Origin: a virus
UHGV virus genome: UHGV-0171672
Reading direction: 5' to 3' (one strand)
DNA length: 31,138 bases
The translations under genes and the position numbers were made by a program. A model generated the notes under the pieces. That model did not search any database, was not told the DNA's origin, and worked only from the letters and a program-made list of their open reading frames with translations. Positions 1 to 8,020 of the stretch are shown here, in pieces (within the stretch, counting starts at the first letter, position 1; each line of letters opens with the position of its first letter).

Positions 1-85
1 CTGGCAGCCTGAGTTCACAGATAAAACACTCTCCAGGAAACCCGGGGCGGTTCAAGGAGTAATTATTGTTCGGTATCAAAGGGAG

Positions 86-112
86 ACAAAAAAGCGCCCG
101 CAGGAGATTTAA
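86..112. other. Candidate attL core (integrase-distal flank)
   Basis: acaaaaaagcgcccgcaggagatttaa lies just 3' of the int stop; it resembles my memory of the P2 att core (A-run ... GGGAGATT). Not verified. Confidence 0.2.
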
Positions 113-193
113 CACACCTTACTCCCCTTGATGATTTACTTATTTTTCAATGACTAAATCAAAAAAAGGGGAGCAAATTAACGCAAATTACAA

Positions 194-1186
194 CTAGTCA
201 ATGGACAGTTTATGGACACTATCAGCCAGCGGATTAAAGCTAATCGCATCCTGTAAAAAGTCCGGTGAAAAATGCGCATACGTCATCGTTTGTTGAATCG
301 TGGCGTGCCCAAGGATTCGCTGTAACGTAACGATATTTCCGCCGTTCATCATGAAATGCGTGGCGAACGTGTGACGCATAACGTGAGTCGCCTGACCTTT
401 GGGTAAATCCGGTTTCACCTCCTGAAGGATATCCCGAAAACGGATGTAATCAGCCTGGTACAATAGCCCGGTTTTTCGGGTTTTTATCAACGAAAGCACC
501 GTATCAGAAACAGGAACCGCGCGGGATTTTCCATTCTTTGTGTTAAAGAACATTACGCGGTTACCAACGATATGCTCACCACGTAAGCCAGCTGCTTCCC
601 CCCACCTTGCGCCAGTGGAAAGACACAGAACAGCAACACGACGCGCATCCCCCTCGAGTCGTTCAAGCAGCCGATCAATCTCATCATCTGAAAGAAAGGC
701 CATTTCTGTATTCCTGACCTTGAGCTTACGTATTCCACGCACCGGGTTTTCGTTATGAAAAACCTCCGCATCAATCAGCGAGGTAAACATTGCAGACAAG
801 GCGCACAAATCACGATTAACACTGGAGGGCATTAATCCGGCCTGTAATTTGTCTGAACGATACCCGAGCATAAACTTTCGCGTCATCTCACTGGCGCGGG
901 GGTCCCTCATCTCACGGTTTATTTTTTCCAGCCTGACCCTGTAAGTATCCCCGTAAGGCTGATTCCGGCCATCAAGCACCCACCAGGCATCTATCAGTTC
1001 GGATAACCGACGCTGATCAGCTGGCTTGGCCTGCCACGGTTTATCGTGGAAATTCTGCAAAACATACCTTTCAAACTCCTGTGCCTTTGACTTCAGGGTA
1101 AAAATCTTACGGATCCGCTTTCCTTCCGTCCCTTGCGGTCTTACATCAACCTTATAACGCCCGTCTTTGAGTTGCTTAATCGACAT
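194..1186 (-). CDS. int: Tyrosine recombinase / phage integrase (P2 Int-like)
   Basis: ORF 194..1201; likely true start is ATG at 1186 (MSIKQLKDGRYKVDV...) preceded by GGAGGGG. N-terminus resembles P2 Int; C-terminal HxxR and H...Y catalytic motifs present. Confidence 0.9.
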   Translation of the reverse strand: MSIKQLKDGRYKVDVRPQGTEGKRIRKIFTLKSKAQEFERYVLQNFHDKPWQAKPADQRRLSELIDAWWVLDGRNQPYGDTYRVRLEKINREMRDPRASEMTRKFMLGYRSDKLQAGLMPSSVNRDLCALSAMFTSLIDAEVFHNENPVRGIRKLKVRNTEMAFLSDDEIDRLLERLEGDARRVAVLCLSTGARWGEAAGLRGEHIVGNRVMFFNTKNGKSRAVPVSDTVLSLIKTRKTGLLYQADYIRFRDILQEVKPDLPKGQATHVMRHTFATHFMMNGGNIVTLQRILGHATIQQTMTYAHFSPDFLQDAISFNPLADSVHKLSID

Positions 1187-1255
1187 GATTAGCCCCTCCA
1201 ACGGATAAATCAGCCGTACACTCTCTACGGAATGAAACCCGCTCGATGTACAGCG

Positions 1256-1597
1256 TTAGCCAGCATTGCGACGAGATCGGGGTGATTTTTGGGTGGCTGG
1301 GATTGAATCCTGATCGTCCTCCGACTGAATGGAGCCATCAAGAGAGAGAGCCGGAGCTATCTGACCGGCAGCAGGCATTGTCTTATCTTTTATTAGCCAC
1401 ATCATGTATTTTTCAAACCGATCAACTTGGAGAACCATCTCAACAATTTTGGCTCTGGCGCTTTTTTGCCCTGATTCATAGTTCCTTATGGCAGCTAAAG
1501 ACAACCCCGTAATATCCGCAAATTCCTTTTGCGTTAGCCCTTCAGCCTTGCGTATTTGACGTAGCTTTTTTGCATAGTCTATTGACAAGATAACCAT
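1256..1597 (-). CDS. C: Immunity repressor, P2 C-like HTH protein
   Basis: HTH segment LTQKEFADITGLSLAAIRNYESGQ and the motif GQIAPAL shared with P2 C; divergent from the cox-like gene. ATG at 1597 chosen over the upstream TTG of the ORF track. Confidence 0.8.
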   Translation of the reverse strand: MVILSIDYAKKLRQIRKAEGLTQKEFADITGLSLAAIRNYESGQKSARAKIVEMVLQVDRFEKYMMWLIKDKTMPAAGQIAPALSLDGSIQSEDDQDSIPATQKSPRSRRNAG

Positions 1598-1616
1598 TTG
1601 AGTATTAACCTCTCGC

Positions 1617-1642
1617 AAAAGATACTCGTACGAGTATCTTTT
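1617..1642. promoter_or_regulatory. 26-bp perfect palindrome in the C/cox switch region (candidate operator)
   Basis: AAAAGATACTCGT|ACGAGTATCTTTT read directly from the sequence, lying between the divergent C and cox-like starts. Confidence 0.5.
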
Positions 1643-1701
1643 ATAAACCTAAACAAACCTTCATGAGGCGCGACAAGCGCACCAACGCAAGAGGATAGCA
1701 A

Positions 1702-2226
1702 ATGCGGAAGTCAATTGCCGATAAAGAGTTATCTGACACACAAGCCCTTCAGGAAAACGACAGCATCACCGAATCCGTTGGCGCGGCAAACGACGATGAA
1801 CACCAAGAGGAAAAGAAAAAACGCACCTACAAAAAAGGGGCAACCTTGCGACTGGATGGCCCGGTAGCCGGACTTTGCTCACTTGAAAAAGGGGCAGCCT
1901 ATATCGGGTTGACAAAAGCTGCATTGCGCGTGGCGCTTCAGCGAAATCAGATGCCTGGACACAAGACCCGTTCAAACCCTGAAGATGAAAATTCGGATGG
2001 CGTGTGGTGGTTTAACGCCAGAGAGTGGGACAAGCTGGCTGACGAACTACCAGAATGCGAGCCGCCAGAATGGCACAACTGGAAAAGCTACTGGACATAC
2101 GACCGACAGAAAAGAAAGTTTTCCCCGGCAAACAAAGAAGACTGCCAGACCATCAATGGAAAGCGGGTTTACACAGGAAGAAAGTCAAAACTGGAGCAAC
2201 ACCAATACAGTGGAGGCAACCAGTGA
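1702..2226 (+). CDS. Cox/Apl-like excisionase-regulator with N-terminal extension
   Basis: First gene of the rightward operon, SD AGAGGA. HTH-like GAAYIGLTKAALRVALQRNQMP followed by VWWFNAREW, parallel to the P2 Cox pattern. 174 aa is about twice P2 Cox; an internal TTG start after AAGGGG is possible. Confidence 0.6.
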   Translation: MRKSIADKELSDTQALQENDSITESVGAANDDEHQEEKKKRTYKKGATLRLDGPVAGLCSLEKGAAYIGLTKAALRVALQRNQMPGHKTRSNPEDENSDGVWWFNAREWDKLADELPECEPPEWHNWKSYWTYDRQKRKFSPANKEDCQTINGKRVYTGRKSKLEQHQYSGGNQ

Positions 2227-2310
2227 CATCAAAACAAACCGGCAACAGCGAAATCCCAGGAATGAGATTTCGCCGCAGATGCTGTGGAAAATGGTTGTTA
2301 TGCAAGCAGC

Positions 2311-2766
2311 CTACCAGGCTGATGGATGATCATCATCAATATCAAACACATTTCTGTAAAAACGAGAATGTTGCAAGGGATGAATAAGCGACCCCCAACA
2401 ATCATAAATATCAGCCAGTTCGAACACATCGTATGAGAGATGTTGAGCAAACGATTCGGCACCTTCAAAAGACTCAAACACCTCATCATACAAGTGAATG
2501 TTTTCAGGATACGAAAGTGACAAGCAAAAACCAGACGTAGATTCCGTAACCAAGAAGACAAGGTGATATTTATCATTCACCAGTGACTGAGCACATTTTT
2601 TTACAGAGCGAAGAATCACAGGGGAACGCGCGCCAATACGAAAGAGTTCTGCATGAGCACGGGCATCAACAAAACTGTGAAACCCCTCACTTCTTGCAAG
2701 CTCACGTTCGGCAGCACGCAAAACCCAAAACCACCGCCCAGATTCGGATGTAAGGATAATTTTCAT
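2311..2766 (-). CDS. Hypothetical protein, antisense to early operon, low-GC patch
   Basis: 151-aa ORF with a single Met and weak RBS; region looks AT-richer than its flanks. No motif recognised. Confidence 0.4.
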   Translation of the reverse strand: MKIILTSESGRWFWVLRAAERELARSEGFHSFVDARAHAELFRIGARSPVILRSVKKCAQSLVNDKYHLVFLVTESTSGFCLSLSYPENIHLYDEVFESFEGAESFAQHLSYDVFELADIYDCWGSLIHPLQHSRFYRNVFDIDDDHPSAW

Positions 2767-3030
2767 ATGAATAAAGAGAAATCTCCGGATTATTTTGTGA
2801 AACGATTACAGGATGCAACAGAGTCAATGTTGATTGCCCTGAATAATTACTCTTACGAAGAGGCCGTAACGGTACTTGAGTGGATAAAGGAAAAAATAAC
2901 GGAAGACAGCATCGTCAAGATGCAGAGTATCAACATCTCCCGTGACAAAACATTTCCACTGCGAATACCGCCAAAACGACGACTGGTTTACTCGATACCA
3001 GTCTCAATGCAGTGCAAATTGCCGAAATAG
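2767..3030 (+). CDS. Hypothetical protein
   Basis: ATG at 2767 (MNKEKSPDYF...), 87 aa, helical-looking; starts immediately adjacent to the minus-strand ORF start at 2766. Confidence 0.45.
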   Translation: MNKEKSPDYFVKRLQDATESMLIALNNYSYEEAVTVLEWIKEKITEDSIVKMQSINISRDKTFPLRIPPKRRLVYSIPVSMQCKLPK

Positions 3031-3182
3031 TTTATGAGAAAACATAAATACTCCTTTGTGTGGTTGGTTATCGTTACAACAGTTCGGGCAAGAATTGCAA
3101 GGCGTAACGAAATTACCACAAAACCATGCGCCGGGCATGGCTAAAAACCCGGCACAAATTCACAGCAGCAGTAGGGATTTTT

Positions 3183-3527
3183 ATGAAGAAACCGGGAAAT
3201 TTTTCACAGCAGAATTTTCGAACAAGTGCCGAACGCCACGTTGCACGCCAGCACTTCCGCAAAAATAGTGCGACCACAACCACTGAAATCCATGCCACAC
3301 CAGACGGTCACCCGGTAAAACAAACCGGCAAGCACACCTGGACGATTGGCGACACTGGCATCGTTATTCACAAAAGTTTTCGCAGCCCTGTTACTGGCAG
3401 ATTTAATTTCACCCTGACTCGCGGGGATGATTACTTCGGACAGGACTTCACATTTTTTGAAGCCTTAAGAACGGCAGACAGATTAATCAGCGGCCTGCGT
3501 TTTCAATATCCGGGAAGCAAGCACTGA
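3183..3527 (+). CDS. Hypothetical protein
   Basis: ATG at 3183 preceded by AGGGA; an alternative ATG at 3126 lacks an SD. Confidence 0.5.
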   Translation: MKKPGNFSQQNFRTSAERHVARQHFRKNSATTTTEIHATPDGHPVKQTGKHTWTIGDTGIVIHKSFRSPVTGRFNFTLTRGDDYFGQDFTFFEALRTADRLISGLRFQYPGSKH

Positions 3528-3545
3528 TAAATAAAGGATTCAGCC

Positions 3546-3788
3546 ATGATCGAAGCCTACAAAATACTTATTAATAACGCGTTGCAGCGTTACCACTTCG
3601 AACTTGCAAACCGGGGCGTAACTAAGGATGAAAGCCTTCGTAACTCACTGCGCGGCGCAATTATGGGGCTATACAACTGCGCACTGGGCAGCGATGACCG
3701 TGAAGCGCTGGAAGAATTAAAGTCGATTATGACAGAACTGTTTGAAGGTGAAATTGTTGAGCCTTACTTCACAGGGGTAGCCGCATGA
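3546..3788 (+). CDS. Hypothetical protein
   Basis: 80-aa ORF, SD AAAGGA 7 nt upstream; ATGA overlap with the next small ORF. Confidence 0.6.
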   Translation: MIEAYKILINNALQRYHFELANRGVTKDESLRNSLRGAIMGLYNCALGSDDREALEELKSIMTELFEGEIVEPYFTGVAA

Positions 3789-3910
3789 GCATATTTCTTT
3801 CATGGGTAATTCTGATTATCTCCGTGCTTATGGCAATCGGCATTATGCGAATTATCCACACACTGAAGGATATCGAATTATTCTTTACCGGCGATAAACG
3901 CCGTAAATAA
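3785..3910 (+). CDS. Small hydrophobic peptide (41 aa, one predicted TM helix)
   Basis: MSIFLSWVILIISVLMAIGIMRIIHTLKDIELFFTGDKRRK; ATGA-coupled to the upstream ORF; below the 60-aa ORF-track cutoff. Confidence 0.35.
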   Translation: MSIFLSWVILIISVLMAIGIMRIIHTLKDIELFFTGDKRRK

Positions 3911-3922
3911 AGCGAAAACCTT

Positions 3923-4018
3923 ATGAAGAATGTAAAAGCAATACACACCATCGCCACTGTATGGGTGATATTTCAGGTGAGTGCGCTTATCTGGTTAGCC
4001 CTGAAGATCTGGGAATAA
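3923..4018 (+). CDS. Small hydrophobic peptide (31 aa)
   Basis: MKNVKAIHTIATVWVIFQVSALIWLALKIWE; weak RBS. Confidence 0.2.
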   Translation: MKNVKAIHTIATVWVIFQVSALIWLALKIWE

Positions 4019-4123
4019 CCTGAAGCCGAAAGCAGGCGCGGAATAACACCAGAAAACACACGAGCAATTAATTAAGGCATTCATGCCTTCGGGTTCCCTT
4101 TGTCTTTTTTCAGGAGTCAACAA

Positions 4124-4354
4124 ATGAGAACAGCCGAATCACCCGGCAGAGAAATAACCGCCAGACCAGCTAACCATCATGCGCATATCAGCATGGCCGC
4201 AAGAAAAGCCGAGCGTGCACATATCTGCGAATTACTGCGCGAGCTGACTGAGACAGCGAAAGAGACACACACCTGTCCACAGGAAACCTGCGCAGCCATT
4301 GAACGACTGATTGCAATACTCGCCAACCCAGACGAACTGAAGGGGTGCGCATAA
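4124..4354 (+). CDS. Hypothetical protein
   Basis: ATG at 4124 with AGGAG 6 nt upstream; stop overlaps the exonuclease start (TAATG). Confidence 0.55.
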   Translation: MRTAESPGREITARPANHHAHISMAARKAERAHICELLRELTETAKETHTCPQETCAAIERLIAILANPDELKGCA

Positions 4355-4935
4355 TGAACCATCTCATGATTGACACCGAAACACTGGGTAACGGACCGGA
4401 CGCAGCCATATTCGCGATTGGGGCGGTGTTTTTCGACCCGTTCACCGGAAAGCTGGGCAAGCAGTTTGAGAAATTCATCGACCCGGTGGATTCAGAACGC
4501 AACGGCGGAACCGTCAATGCAGCCACCGCTGTATGGTGGGCCGGACAATCCGTGGAAGCCAGAGCCTGCCTGCGCAACGCAGATGGAACAGAGCTGGCAG
4601 CAGTGACCGAATTTCTGGCGTTCATTTCACGCAATATGCATGACGAAAGCCCGGGCAATTCACTGAACATATGGTGTAAGGGCGCATCCTTCGATTTCCC
4701 GATCCTGAAATCCGCCATAACACGCACAGCCGGAGAAAAAAGCATCCCCTGGTGCTACTGGAACGAGCGCTGTATGCGCCCGCTTATCGCCATGGCTGAA
4801 TCAACTGGATGGAAAATGCCAGGCAGATCAGGCAAAGAGACCATTGCTCACACCGCGCTGGGCGACGCCGTTTACCAGGCAAAGGTCGTGTCAGAAATCT
4901 GGCAGCGCTTCACAACACCATTCCTGAACATATGA
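4354..4935 (+). CDS. DEDDh-type 3'-5' exonuclease (DnaQ-like fold)
   Basis: N-terminal MIDTETLG motif and later H...GDA-like motif typical of DEDD exonucleases. Confidence 0.75.
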   Translation: MNHLMIDTETLGNGPDAAIFAIGAVFFDPFTGKLGKQFEKFIDPVDSERNGGTVNAATAVWWAGQSVEARACLRNADGTELAAVTEFLAFISRNMHDESPGNSLNIWCKGASFDFPILKSAITRTAGEKSIPWCYWNERCMRPLIAMAESTGWKMPGRSGKETIAHTALGDAVYQAKVVSEIWQRFTTPFLNI

Positions 4936-4944
4936 GGTGAAGCC

Positions 4945-5172
4945 ATGGTCGCCATCCTGAATGTGTGTTGCTGCCCCCCCCTGAACGTGGAAAGAAAAGC
5001 CCGCGCATCGCTGCGTTTATTCCGCGACGGCGTGCGGAATTTTTCACGCATAAAACCCCACGACTACCTGGTAATAAGAATCGGTTTTCGCTGGCGATTG
5101 CTGAGCAAAAACAACGGGGCGTCATGGGATTTATTAACGCACGAAACCTATAACAAAGAGGCCGCGTTATGA
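4945..5172 (+). CDS. Small hypothetical ORF containing a C8 homopolymer, coupled to dam
   Basis: Strong SD GAGGTGA before ATG 4945; ATGA overlap with dam start; C8 run at 4974-4981. Protein sequence is not obviously globular. Confidence 0.3.
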   Translation: MVAILNVCCCPPLNVERKARASLRLFRDGVRNFSRIKPHDYLVIRIGFRWRLLSKNNGASWDLLTHETYNKEAAL

Positions 5173-6113
5173 GCAAAGAACTGTTATCCGGCACGCCGCT
5201 TAAATGGGTGGGCGGAAAAAGTCGCATCATGAACACACTGAAGGCGCATCTGCCAGAAGCAGACTGCCTGGTTGAGCCGTTTGTGGGTGGCGCATCGGTA
5301 TTCATGAACACCAGTTACAAGCGTTACATCCTGGGTGATTCCAATGGTGCGCTGATTAATTTCTACCGGCAAGCCAGGGACAACACCGACAGCCTGATCG
5401 ACGAGGCGAAAACCCTGTTCCTGAACCACAACAACAGGGGTGACTATCTCATCATTCGCGAAACCTTTAACGCAGAGAATCATGCCTTCCTGAACAGCAG
5501 AACGGGAATAAGCGACCGCCGTGAACTGCGACTGGCCGCCATGTTTTTGTACCTGAACCGACACAGCTTTAACGGTTTGTTCCGCGTGAACGGAAAAGGC
5601 GATTTTAACGTGCCTTTCGGCTGCTACCGCAAGCCCTACTTCCCTGAGCGGGAAATCCGCGCATTTGCAGACAAGGCAAACAGCACCCGAACGCTGCTTA
5701 TCCACGCAGATTTTAAGGATACGCTGAACTCTGCCAGTCACCTGTTCGGCATGGGCAACACGCTTTGCGTGTACTGCGATCCCCCTTACCTGCGATTCAG
5801 TGGCCGGGACAATTTCACCGCCTACGGAAAACCATTCGATGAAGACGAGCACGTTCGTCTGAGGGCAGCGCTTGACCGCCTTTCACAGGAAACGGGCGGC
5901 ATGACCAGCATCACCATATCCAATTCCGACACACCGGAAACCAGACGCATTTATCAGGGTTACCGGATGAACGCCATCCAGGCACCACGAAGCGTTGGCG
6001 CAAGAACCCGGGAATCAGCACCGGAGGTTATCGCCACCCTGAGATGCATCACATCCGCCTTATCAACGGTTCGCACTTCTGCGCCACGAACATGGAAGAA
6101 GTACGCGTGCTGA
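5169..6113 (+). CDS. dam: DNA adenine methyltransferase (Dam-like N6-adenine MTase)
   Basis: KWVGGK AdoMet-binding motif near the N-terminus and catalytic DPPY motif. Confidence 0.9.
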   Translation: MSKELLSGTPLKWVGGKSRIMNTLKAHLPEADCLVEPFVGGASVFMNTSYKRYILGDSNGALINFYRQARDNTDSLIDEAKTLFLNHNNRGDYLIIRETFNAENHAFLNSRTGISDRRELRLAAMFLYLNRHSFNGLFRVNGKGDFNVPFGCYRKPYFPEREIRAFADKANSTRTLLIHADFKDTLNSASHLFGMGNTLCVYCDPPYLRFSGRDNFTAYGKPFDEDEHVRLRAALDRLSQETGGMTSITISNSDTPETRRIYQGYRMNAIQAPRSVGARTRESAPEVIATLRCITSALSTVRTSAPRTWKKYAC

Positions 6114-6141
6114 CAGCAACACGCAATACGGGAGGTAAAGC

Positions 6142-6492
6142 ATGGCAGTGATTTATATCGCCGGTCCCATGACCGGATGCAAAGACCACAACAGGACGGC
6201 ATTTTGCGTGGAGGACCTGAAACTTCGGTGCGCCGGAAACATCGTTCTTAATCCTGCCGTACTGCCTGACGGATTAAGCCAGCAGCAGTACATGAGTATT
6301 TGTATTCCGATGCCCATGTGTGCCGATGCCATTTACTTACTGGATGGATGGGAAGAGTCCGCTGGCGCACGGGCTGAGTACGCAATGGCGCTCAAACTGA
6401 ACATGCCAGTGTCATTCCCGGAAAACCGGGCAGCCGGCGAAACCGTCGCGCAGCTGCTTCACAAATCAAAAGCCGCACAGGCGACTGAGTAA
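6142..6492 (+). CDS. DUF4406-like protein (nucleoside 2-deoxyribosyltransferase-like fold)
   Basis: VIYIAGPMTG ... IVLNPAVLPDGLSQQQYM ... YLLDGWEESAGARAEY pattern matches DUF4406 as I remember it; SD GGAGGT. Confidence 0.7.
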   Translation: MAVIYIAGPMTGCKDHNRTAFCVEDLKLRCAGNIVLNPAVLPDGLSQQQYMSICIPMPMCADAIYLLDGWEESAGARAEYAMALKLNMPVSFPENRAAGETVAQLLHKSKAAQATE

Positions 6493-6930
6493 CCGACCGG
6501 AGATCGAAACATGATTGCGCGCAGAGCTACCAACCGTCTCACAGGCTTTATTCCAGGCAAGGTTGATCATGCACTCCATCACGGGGCTGTCACTTTCCTC
6601 AACAAAGGAGAGGCGCGCAATCATGCATTCCGGGGTGAGCACGTGGCGCTGGCTAATCAGTCTTTGATAGCTAAGCGCCTGCCATTCAGCCTTTTCAGCT
6701 CTGATAGAAAGAGAGGCAGCCATGACCTGCCACACCAGAAAGAGCACCACACTGGCGAAAACAAACGTTGCGCTGTCGCAAAAAATGAATGCGGCAACAA
6801 TCGCAAGGAAAGCGCTAATCCTCAGAACCAAGGAAGCGCGACGGTGGAGAAGGCTTGTCATGTGTTCAAGCCAGTAGCTGTACCACAGGTCAAAAAGAAT
6901 TTCGTAATCAGAAGGGAGCTTATCACTCAT
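6466..6930 (-). CDS. Hypothetical membrane protein, antisense orientation
   Basis: ATG at 6930 (MSDKLPSDYEILF...), two hydrophobic helices; the only plausible coding content in 6.5-7.3 kb. Confidence 0.35.
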   Translation of the reverse strand: MSDKLPSDYEILFDLWYSYWLEHMTSLLHRRASLVLRISAFLAIVAAFIFCDSATFVFASVVLFLVWQVMAASLSIRAEKAEWQALSYQRLISQRHVLTPECMIARLSFVEESDSPVMECMINLAWNKACETVGSSARNHVSISGRLLSRLCGF

Positions 6931-7188
6931 CAGAAACACCCCGCGTATGCAGACAATCACCAGTTGCCAGGTGATATTAATTCGCAACATTCTAACCACA
7001 TCAGCACGCAACACAAAAACCGCTTGCCAGCGCTCGTCGTGTCGGGTTACATTTCCGCTGCACCTCATAAAACGGGTGCCGGGATTTCCACCCCGCTGAC
7101 AAACGAAGCGCACAGCCGCGCCAGCGGTTTTTTTGTGCGTACTGTATCGCCACGTCTTTTTCGCGTCAGAATTATGGCGGGGCGTACA

Positions 7189-7222
7189 GGGCCGACTTCG
7201 GTCGGGCCGGTTTCTTCGTTTG
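7189..7222 (+). terminator. Stem-loop with UUCG-type loop followed by T-rich tract
   Basis: GGGCCGAC-TTCG-GTCGGGCC then GGTTTCTTCGTTT. Confidence 0.3.
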
Positions 7223-7313
7223 CCGGTTGTGGAAACCCTGTACGTCTCGCCACCCTGAGTTTTCCACCTCTGGTTGGTGAGTTTTCAAAATTCACAAACG
7301 AAGAGGCCACACC

Positions 7314-7535
7314 ATGGCAAACCGCAAGCAACAGCGCGCCCGCGCTGAGCGTCTTCACATCCGCAGCGAAATCAACCGCAGACTTTTCCGCGCAACACGC
7401 GTCGCGCAAATCATGCATATCAACATGCTGCATGAGCGCACGCACGCACTATCAAACCGTTACTGCGCTGCTGTCTTCAGCTATCTCGCCGAAGATCTGG
7501 CAGAACTGCAAAGCCTCATCAACCAGCACCGATAA
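7314..7535 (+). CDS. Hypothetical basic protein
   Basis: 73 aa, SD AAGAGG; preceded by a 19-bp near-palindrome at 7277-7295. Confidence 0.55.
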   Translation: MANRKQQRARAERLHIRSEINRRLFRATRVAQIMHINMLHERTHALSNRYCAAVFSYLAEDLAELQSLINQHR

Positions 7536-7603
7536 ACCACATCCGGAAGCTATCCCACACCTGCACGCGGGAGGCTTCCGCACGTCTGTTACCGGAGGTT
7601 CTC

Positions 7604-8020
7604 ATGAAGAGCGTTAAGGGACTTTCAGATATTCAGGACTTCTTTAACTGGATGTGGGCGGTGGATCCCCTGCTGGCTTCCCGCCTGAACAACTGGCACG
7701 ACTATTACCGCCGCGCCTGTAAACAGGCTGCCCGCAGCGTCACCACATACGGGGATTTCTCCTTCACCGTGGACGGTCGTTACCGCGTGGACGTGAAAGG
7801 TGACGGTGATGGCTTTGGTTTATTTCACATCAACGGCACCGACAGTACCGCCATCAGCTGGTCATCGTCAGAGATGGCACTGGTTCTGGAAATGACAACC
7901 CACAGCGTGGCCGTGAAAGGCATATACACCGCAGAAGACTTTATCGGTGAATACCAGCGCCTTCTCGTGCTGTACCGCGCGGCGTTTCAGGAGGTCACTG
8001 GCGGGGAGTACGACGCATGA
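7604..8020 (+). CDS. Hypothetical protein upstream of A
   Basis: 138 aa, SD GGAGG; ATGA overlap with A. Confidence 0.6.
   Translation: MKSVKGLSDIQDFFNWMWAVDPLLASRLNNWHDYYRRACKQAARSVTTYGDFSFTVDGRYRVDVKGDGDGFGLFHINGTDSTAISWSSSEMALVLEMTTHSVAVKGIYTAEDFIGEYQRLLVLYRAAFQEVTGGEYDA

Noticed and set aside
1985-2387. Two overlapping plus-strand ORFs in alternative frames
   Set aside because: They overlap the Cox-like gene in other frames, start at non-ATG codons without an RBS, and give basic low-complexity translations.
4188-4745. 185-aa minus-strand ORF
   Set aside because: Antisense to the well-supported DEDDh exonuclease gene; Ser/Ala/Arg-rich translation typical of a GC-rich antisense frame.
5184-5852. 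222-aa minus-strand ORF
   Set aside because: Entirely antisense to dam, which has clear catalytic motifs.
6511-7617. 368-aa plus-strand ORF
   Set aside because: Low-complexity, Ser/Ala/His-rich translation with no RBS; overlaps the better-supported minus-strand membrane ORF and structured non-coding DNA. Treated as non-coding.
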